NCBI GenBank assembly: GCA_026415775.1
Contig: JAOAGL010000001.1
Location: forward strand, 270,233-334,232
Source of the DNA: Patescibacteria group bacterium
GTDB taxonomy: Bacteria; Patescibacteriota; Minisyncoccia; UBA6257; JAAZHW01
Direction: 5' to 3'
DNA length: 64,000 nucleotides
A program made the translations under genes and the position numbers. Each line of letters opens with the position of its first letter. Position 1 is the first letter of the stretch. The notes below the pieces were generated by a model. The model ran no database searches. It saw only the letters and a list, made by a program, of their open reading frames with translations, and was not told where the DNA came from. Of this stretch, positions 58,492-64,000 are shown piece by piece.

Positions 58492-59691
58492 ATGGCAGAG
58501 AAAAAGAAATTTGAACGTAAAAAGCCACATGTTAATGTGGGTACAATCGGTCACATTGATCACGGTAAAACCACTTTAACTGCTGCAATAATGCACGTTT
58601 TAAATTTTAAGGGTTTAGTAGAAAAAGTGGAAGGCGTTGATCAAATTGATAATGCTCCCGAGGAAAAAGCAAGAGGTATTACTATTGCTTTGCATCATTC
58701 GGAATATGAGTCGGAAAAAAGACACTATGCTCATATTGATGCACCGGGACATGCTGATTACATTAAAAACATGATTACTGGTGCCGCTCAGATGGATGGT
58801 GCCGTGCTTGTTGTTTCGGCGGCTGATGGTCCAATGCCTCAAACTCGTGAGCATATACTTTTGGCGCGCCAAGTCGGTGTTCCAGCAATAATTGTTTTCT
58901 TAAATAAAGTTGATCAGGTAAGCGATCCAGAATTGATTGATTTGGTTGAAAATGAAGTTCGTGAATTATTATCTAAATATCAATTTCCTGGTAATGAAGT
59001 TCCAGTAATTCGCGGTTCCGCTTTGGCCGCATTAAATGCTAAATCAATCGATGATCCAGCTTGCAAACCAATTTTAGATTTGGTTGAAGCAATGGATAGT
59101 TATATTCCTGATCCTGTTCGTGAAGTTGATAAACCATTTTTGATGCCAATCGAAGATGTTTTCTCAATCGAAGGACGAGGAACTGTTGTTACTGGTCGTG
59201 CTGAAAGAGGGGTTTTGAAATTAAATGAAGAAGTTGAGGTTGTTGGTTTAAGACCAACTCAAAAAACAGTTGTCACCGGTATTGAGATGTTTAATAAAAC
59301 ATTAGATGAAGCTCAAGCGGGTGATAATGTTGGTATTTTGTTGCGTGGTCTAAAGAAGGAGGACGTAGAAAGAGGTCAGGTTGTTGCCAAACCAGGCAGC
59401 GTTACTCCTCATACTGAATTTGAGGCAGAGGTTTATATTTTAACTAAGGAGGAAGGAGGAAGACATACTCCATTCTTCAATGGTTATAAACCTCAGTTTT
59501 ATATTCGAACCACCGATGTTACTGGTGAAGTTACTCTTCCTCAAGGCATTGAAATGGTGATGCCTGGCGATAATGTTAATTTGACTATTAAATTAATTGC
59601 GCCGGTTGCCTTGGAAGAGAAACAAAGATTTGCTATTCGTGAAGGTGGTAAAACTGTCGGCGCGGGTGTGGTAACAAAAATTCTCAAATAA
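58492..59691 (+). CDS. tuf: Elongation factor Tu
   Basis: [34 protein letters not shown]. Confidence 0.99.
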   Translation: MAEKKKFERKKPHVNVGTIGHIDHGKTTLTAAIMHVLNFKGLVEKVEGVDQIDNAPEEKARGITIALHHSEYESEKRHYAHIDAPGHADYIKNMITGAAQMDGAVLVVSAADGPMPQTREHILLARQVGVPAIIVFLNKVDQVSDPELIDLVENEVRELLSKYQFPGNEVPVIRGSALAALNAKSIDDPACKPILDLVEAMDSYIPDPVREVDKPFLMPIEDVFSIEGRGTVVTGRAERGVLKLNEEVEVVGLRPTQKTVVTGIEMFNKTLDEAQAGDNVGILLRGLKKEDVERGQVVAKPGSVTPHTEFEAEVYILTKEEGGRHTPFFNGYKPQFYIRTTDVTGEVTLPQGIEMVMPGDNVNLTIKLIAPVALEEKQRFAIREGGKTVGAGVVTKILK

Positions 59692-59719
59692 AATTTTTAA
59701 TTAGCTCTTTCCAACAACA

Positions 59720-60043
59720 ATGACTAAAAAAGATGAATTGCAACAAAAAATAAGAATAAAACTGAAAGCCTACGATCATAAAGTGTTAGATAATTCTTGT
59801 AAACAAATCGTTGAAACTGCTAGCCGTTATGTAAAAGAAATTATTGGTCCGATGCCATTACCCACTGAAATCCGACGTTATACCATTAATCGTTCAACTT
59901 TCATTGATAAAAATTCACGAGAACAGTTTGAAATCCGCATTCACAAAAGAATCCTTGACATACTTAATCCGAATCAAAAACTAATTGATGCTCTGATGAA
60001 CCTAAATTTGCCGGCAGGAGTAGACATTGAGATTAAGATGTAG
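59720..60043 (+). CDS. rpsJ: 30S ribosomal protein S10 (NusE)
   Basis: [32 protein letters not shown]. Confidence 0.98.
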   Translation: MTKKDELQQKIRIKLKAYDHKVLDNSCKQIVETASRYVKEIIGPMPLPTEIRRYTINRSTFIDKNSREQFEIRIHKRILDILNPNQKLIDALMNLNLPAGVDIEIKM

Positions 60044-60051
60044 AGAGTAAA

Positions 60052-60113
60052 AAATAAATGCCGGGCGGCCTCTTCTCGAAATTATCTTGAGAAGAAAAAC
60101 CCGGCATTTATTT
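60052..60113 (+). other. Long stem-loop in the rpsJ-rplC spacer
   Basis: AAATAAATGCCGGG/CCCGGCATTTATTT outer stem plus TCTTCTCGA/TTGAGAAGA inner stem. Confidence 0.75.
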
Positions 60114-60162
60114 ATCCAAAATATTGATAAAAATTTTAAAATATATAAAATAACGAAAAAAT

Positions 60163-60771
60163 ATGGCTAAATTCATTCTCGCTCAAAAAATAGGAATGAC
60201 CGAAATTTTTCAGAATGACAAGATGATTCCAGTAACTGTTTTAGAAGCAGGTCCTGTTGTGGTTACGCAAATAAAGACCAAAGAGCGAGATGGTTATTAT
60301 GCCGTTCAGGTTGGTTTTGGCGCGAAGAAAAAAATTTCCAAAGCTTTAAAAGGCCATTTAAAAAACCTGGGCAATTTTAGATGGATAAAAGAGTTTAAAG
60401 TATCTGAGTCAGAAATAAATAATTATAAAGTTGGTGATAAAATAGATGTTTCAATTTTTCAAGAGGGCGAGAAAATTAAGATTTCGGGCACTAGTAAAAG
60501 CAAGGGTTTTCAAGGCGTGGTAAAAAGACATGGTTTCCATGGCGGTCCTAAAACCCATGGACAAAAAAATCGATTGCGCGCTCCCGGTTCAATTGGTGCT
60601 ACACATCCCCAACATGTTGCTAAAGGAAGGAAGATGGCTGGGCGAATGGGTGGCGAAAGAATAACTTTAAAAAATGTAAAAATTGCAAAAATAATCAATG
60701 ATAAAAATTTGATTTGTATAAAAGGGGCGGTGCCGGGAAAAAAAGGAGAATTAGTCGAGATTTTAGCTTAA
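60163..60771 (+). CDS. rplC: 50S ribosomal protein L3
   Basis: KIGMT, PVTV, SKSKGFQGVVKRH, APGSIG, KGAVPG. Confidence 0.98.
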   Translation: MAKFILAQKIGMTEIFQNDKMIPVTVLEAGPVVVTQIKTKERDGYYAVQVGFGAKKKISKALKGHLKNLGNFRWIKEFKVSESEINNYKVGDKIDVSIFQEGEKIKISGTSKSKGFQGVVKRHGFHGGPKTHGQKNRLRAPGSIGATHPQHVAKGRKMAGRMGGERITLKNVKIAKIINDKNLICIKGAVPGKKGELVEILA

Positions 60772-60775
60772 TTTT

Positions 60776-61408
60776 ATGAAAGTGGATTTATATAATCAAA
60801 AAGGAGAAGTGATTGACCAGATTAATGTATCTGATAGAATTTTTGGTTATAAATGGAATTCCGTTTTAGTGCATCAAGTTCTTGTAGCTTTACAAAGCAA
60901 TAAAAGAAAACCTATTGCGCATGCAAAAGATAGAGGAGAAGTTTCTGGCGGCGGAAGGAAACCTTGGCGTCAAAAAGGAACAGGCCGCGCTCGTCATGGT
61001 TCTATTCGTTCTCCTTTGTGGATTGGTGGCGGTGTCACTTTTGGTCCGACCAAGGAGAAAAAATATGATAAAAAAATCAATAAAAAAACCAAACTGAATG
61101 CTTTACTATCAGTTTTGTCTAAAAAATTTTCTGATCAAGAAATTAAAATTATTGATAAAATAGAACTTGAACAGCCAAAAACCAAAGAAATGGCAAAAAT
61201 TTTAAAAAATTTTTTAAATGATAAAAAAAGAAACCAGGGATTATTGATTTTGCCAACAAACGATAGAAATCTTATAAAAAGCACTCGTAATTTATCATTT
61301 GCCCAAGCAACTACTATAGAAAATCTTGATTTAATTAATCTTTTAACTTTTAAAAACCTGATTTTTATAAAAGAAGCTGTCGAAAAATTAGAAGAGAAAA
61401 TAAAATAA
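60776..61408 (+). CDS. rplD: 50S ribosomal protein L4
   Basis: GGGRKPWRQKGTGRARHGS. Confidence 0.98.
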   Translation: MKVDLYNQKGEVIDQINVSDRIFGYKWNSVLVHQVLVALQSNKRKPIAHAKDRGEVSGGGRKPWRQKGTGRARHGSIRSPLWIGGGVTFGPTKEKKYDKKINKKTKLNALLSVLSKKFSDQEIKIIDKIELEQPKTKEMAKILKNFLNDKKRNQGLLILPTNDRNLIKSTRNLSFAQATTIENLDLINLLTFKNLIFIKEAVEKLEEKIK

Positions 61409-61411
61409 TAT

Positions 61412-61789
61412 ATGTCTTTATTTTCAAAGAAAAAAACTGATAAGGAGGAGAAGAAAGATGTTGAAATTAAAAAACAGGAAGAAGTTAAAAAGCCTGATTC
61501 ATTTAATAAAAATGTTTTAATAATAAAACAACCACGAGTGACGGAAAAAAGTCAATTGATGAAACAAGTTAGGCAATATGTTTTTGATGTGGATAAAAAA
61601 GCAAATAAAGCGGAAGTAAAAAAGGCTGTGGAATATATTTATAATGTTAAGGTTGAAAAAGTACGAATAATAAATATTTCCGCAAAAAAAAGACGCCTAG
61701 GAGCTACACAAGGAAAAAAGTCGGGTCATAAAAAAGCTATTGTTACTTTAAAAGAAGGATACCAAATTGAAATCATTCCTCAAAAATAA
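61412..61789 (+). CDS. rplW: 50S ribosomal protein L23 (N-terminally extended)
   Basis: PRVTEKS, YVFDV...ANK, KKAIVTL. Confidence 0.95.
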   Translation: MSLFSKKKTDKEEKKDVEIKKQEEVKKPDSFNKNVLIIKQPRVTEKSQLMKQVRQYVFDVDKKANKAEVKKAVEYIYNVKVEKVRIINISAKKRRLGATQGKKSGHKKAIVTLKEGYQIEIIPQK

Positions 61790-61798
61790 GAGAAAAAT

Positions 61799-62623
61799 AT
61801 GAAAAAACTTAAACCAACAACTCCATCACGGCGGCAAATGACAATTCTTGAATATAAGAAAATTTTGACAACTAATGAACCGAAAAAACAATTAACCAAA
61901 CCTCTTAAGAAAAAAGCGGGTAGAAATTCTAGTGGCAGAATTACTGTTCGTCATCAGGGCGGAGGAAACAAAAGACTGTATCGTTTAGTTGACTTTAAAC
62001 AAGATAAATTTAATATTATTGGAACAATCAAAACGATTGAATATGATCCCAATCGAAATACTTTTATTGGTCTGGTTTCTTATGCTGATGGTGAATATCG
62101 TTATGTTTTATTGCCGGAAGGAGTAGAAGTTGGTCAGCAAATTATTAGTTCCGAAAATGCTCCAATTAAAGTCGGTAATCGCTTGCCTTTAAAAAATATT
62201 CCAGTTGGCACTAGCGTTTTTAATATTGAAATAATGCCAGGCACCGGTGGTAAATTGGTTCGTAGTGCTGGTTCAGTCGCTGAAGTGATGGGTCTCGAGG
62301 ACAAATACTGTATTTTAAAAATGCCTTCTGGAGAAATTAGAAAAGTTTTATCAAATTGTTATGCAACAATAGGCGTTCCATCAAATACAGAATACCGCAC
62401 TTTAAATATTGGGAAAGCTGGAAGAACTCGTTGGTTGGGAATTAGGCCAACAGTTCGTGGTTCTGCAATGAATCCCTGTGACCATCCTTATGGTGGAGGC
62501 GAGGGGCGTCAACCTCGTGGTACGCGCAGGCCAAAAACAGCATGGGGTAAAGTTACTGGCGGTCACAAGACACGAAAGAAAAGAAAATGGTCGAATGTAC
62601 TAATTCTTAAACGCAGAAAATAA
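61799..62623 (+). CDS. rplB: 50S ribosomal protein L2
   Basis: GRITVRHQGGG, EYDPNR, RPTVRG.AMNP.DHP.GGGEG. Confidence 0.98.
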   Translation: MKKLKPTTPSRRQMTILEYKKILTTNEPKKQLTKPLKKKAGRNSSGRITVRHQGGGNKRLYRLVDFKQDKFNIIGTIKTIEYDPNRNTFIGLVSYADGEYRYVLLPEGVEVGQQIISSENAPIKVGNRLPLKNIPVGTSVFNIEIMPGTGGKLVRSAGSVAEVMGLEDKYCILKMPSGEIRKVLSNCYATIGVPSNTEYRTLNIGKAGRTRWLGIRPTVRGSAMNPCDHPYGGGEGRQPRGTRRPKTAWGKVTGGHKTRKKRKWSNVLILKRRK

Positions 62624-62626
62624 ATT

Positions 62627-62929
62627 ATGAGCAGAAGTCTTAAAAAAGGTCCATACATTGACCCAAAGCTATTAAAGAAAATCGCTAAAATTAAACCTGA
62701 TTCTGGTCAGGTTATTAAAACTTGGTCAAGAGCTTCGGTAATTTCGCCAGAAATGATCGGATATACTTTTGCGGTTCATAACGGTAAGGATTTTATTGAG
62801 GTTAAAATTACCGAAGAAATGGTCGGTCATCGTTTAGGTGAATTTGCGCCCACTCGTAAATTTATTAAACATGGTGGTAAGATGCAAAGAGAATTAGAAA
62901 AGAAGGCGGCGACCGCATCTAATCAATAA
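62627..62929 (+). CDS. rpsS: 30S ribosomal protein S19
   Basis: [26 protein letters not shown]. Confidence 0.98.
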   Translation: MSRSLKKGPYIDPKLLKKIAKIKPDSGQVIKTWSRASVISPEMIGYTFAVHNGKDFIEVKITEEMVGHRLGEFAPTRKFIKHGGKMQRELEKKAATASNQ

Positions 62930-62937
62930 AAAAATTT

Positions 62938-63456
62938 ATGAACGAAAAGAAAACAGCAATAGCAAAATTAAAATATTTACATATGGCACCACGCAAAGTG
63001 AGATTTATTGCTGATTTAATTAAAGGAAAACATATTGTTGAGGCAGAAGCACAATTGCTTTATTGTCGTCGTCGCGCCGCTAAACCGATTTTAAAATTAT
63101 TACATTCAGCAATCAATAATGCTCTTAACAAGAAATTAAATAAAGACACTCTTTATATTAGTTCTATTACAGTAGATCAAGGTCCTATGTTAAAAAGGTG
63201 GTTGCCAAGAGCGATGGGGAGGGCTACTCCCATTCAAAAAAAGATGTCGCATATCACTATGGTTTTATCTGAAGGAAAGCAATTTAATCGTTTTGTTGTG
63301 CCTAAAGCAAAAATTACTAAATCTGAAAAATCAATAAAGAAGGAAAAGGTTGAAACTAAAAAAGCAGAGTATAAACAAAAAGAACAAAAGGTCGTTGAGA
63401 AAAAACCTAAAGAAGGAGCAGTTAAAAAATTCTTTAGAAGAAAAGAAATAGCTTAA
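62938..63456 (+). CDS. rplV: 50S ribosomal protein L22 (C-terminally extended)
   Basis: PRKVR, SA..NA, PRAMGRA, SHIT. Confidence 0.96.
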   Translation: MNEKKTAIAKLKYLHMAPRKVRFIADLIKGKHIVEAEAQLLYCRRRAAKPILKLLHSAINNALNKKLNKDTLYISSITVDQGPMLKRWLPRAMGRATPIQKKMSHITMVLSEGKQFNRFVVPKAKITKSEKSIKKEKVETKKAEYKQKEQKVVEKKPKEGAVKKFFRRKEIA

Positions 63457-63457
63457 T

Positions 63458-64000
63458 ATGGGACACAAAATTCATCCAAAATCTTTTAGATTGGGAATTA
63501 TCAAAGATTGGAGTGCAAAATGGTTAGTTTCAAAGAAGGAACTCCCAATTATTTTGGAAGAAGATATTAAAATTCGCGAATATTTAAATAAAAAATTAAG
63601 AAATACTTATATTGCCGAAATTGTCATTGAACGATTGGAAAATAATATCAACATCACTATTAAAACAGCTCGTCCGGGTTTAATAATCGGACGCGGTGGT
63701 AAGGGCGTTGAAGATTTAAAGAAAGAATTAGAAAAAATTATCAATAAACATCGTAAAGAAAAGAAATACAATCTTAACTACAACCTTTCTATAAATATCG
63801 AGGAGATAAAAAATCCGACTGCTAATGCGGCGATTGTCGCTCAAGGCATTGCAAGTGCCATTGAGAAGAGAATGCCTTACCGTCGAGTAATGAAAAAGGC
63901 AATTGAAGAAGCTAAACAAAACAAAGAAGTAAAAGGAATTAAAATTAAAGTCTCTGGTCGATTAAATGGAGCAGAAATTGCTCGAACCGAATGGCTTGAT
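63458..64000 (+). CDS. rpsC: 30S ribosomal protein S3 (partial, runs off the window)
   Basis: Manual translation MGHKIHPKSFRLG...ARPGLIIGRGG...SGRLNGAEIAR. Confidence 0.96.
   Translation, partial: MGHKIHPKSFRLGIIKDWSAKWLVSKKELPIILEEDIKIREYLNKKLRNTYIAEIVIERLENNINITIKTARPGLIIGRGGKGVEDLKKELEKIINKHRKEKKYNLNYNLSINIEEIKNPTANAAIVAQGIASAIEKRMPYRRVMKKAIEEAKQNKEVKGIKIKVSGRLNGAEIARTEWLD

Noticed and set aside
1885-63919. Numerous short antisense or out-of-frame ORFs in the track (e.g. 1885-2109, 14392-14766, 19668-20045, 30817-31179, 45384-45824, 63728-63919)
   Set aside because: They largely or wholly overlap well-supported genes and have no recognisable motifs; treated as shadow ORFs.

Overview
AT-rich bacterial chromosome segment, almost entirely + strand. 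Gene content is most consistent with Patescibacteria/CPR (Parcubacteria-like); this is an inference from the short SMC, two MreB paralogs, short ProRS, PaaX/Cas2-like regulator, two PilB ATPases and scarce Shine-Dalgarno sites. Most of it is housekeeping: trpS-rpmF-nusB-rnc-smc, ruvB, polA, a murA/mreB/mreBCD-pbp2 cell-wall block, aminoacyl-tRNA synthetases, a comF plus pilMNO-pilB-pilT-pilC-pilin-pilD type IV pilus locus, three tRNAs, prfB-ftsEX, tuf and the start of the S10 ribosomal operon. Four things stand out. (1) A wHTH/Cas2-like (PaaX-family) gene is bracketed by two copies of a 34-40 bp palindrome. (2) An unassigned ~190-nt structured RNA on the - strand has a perfect sigma70 promoter, a boxA and a 28-bp closing helix. 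(3) A ~2000-aa type IV pilin-leader protein is fused to phage-tail-fibre-like modular repeats, near a diguanylate cyclase and a second PilB. (4) A GTCG motif recurs 16-22 nt upstream of start codons in place of Shine-Dalgarno, alongside many near-leaderless genes. All calls were made by eye; no searches were run.
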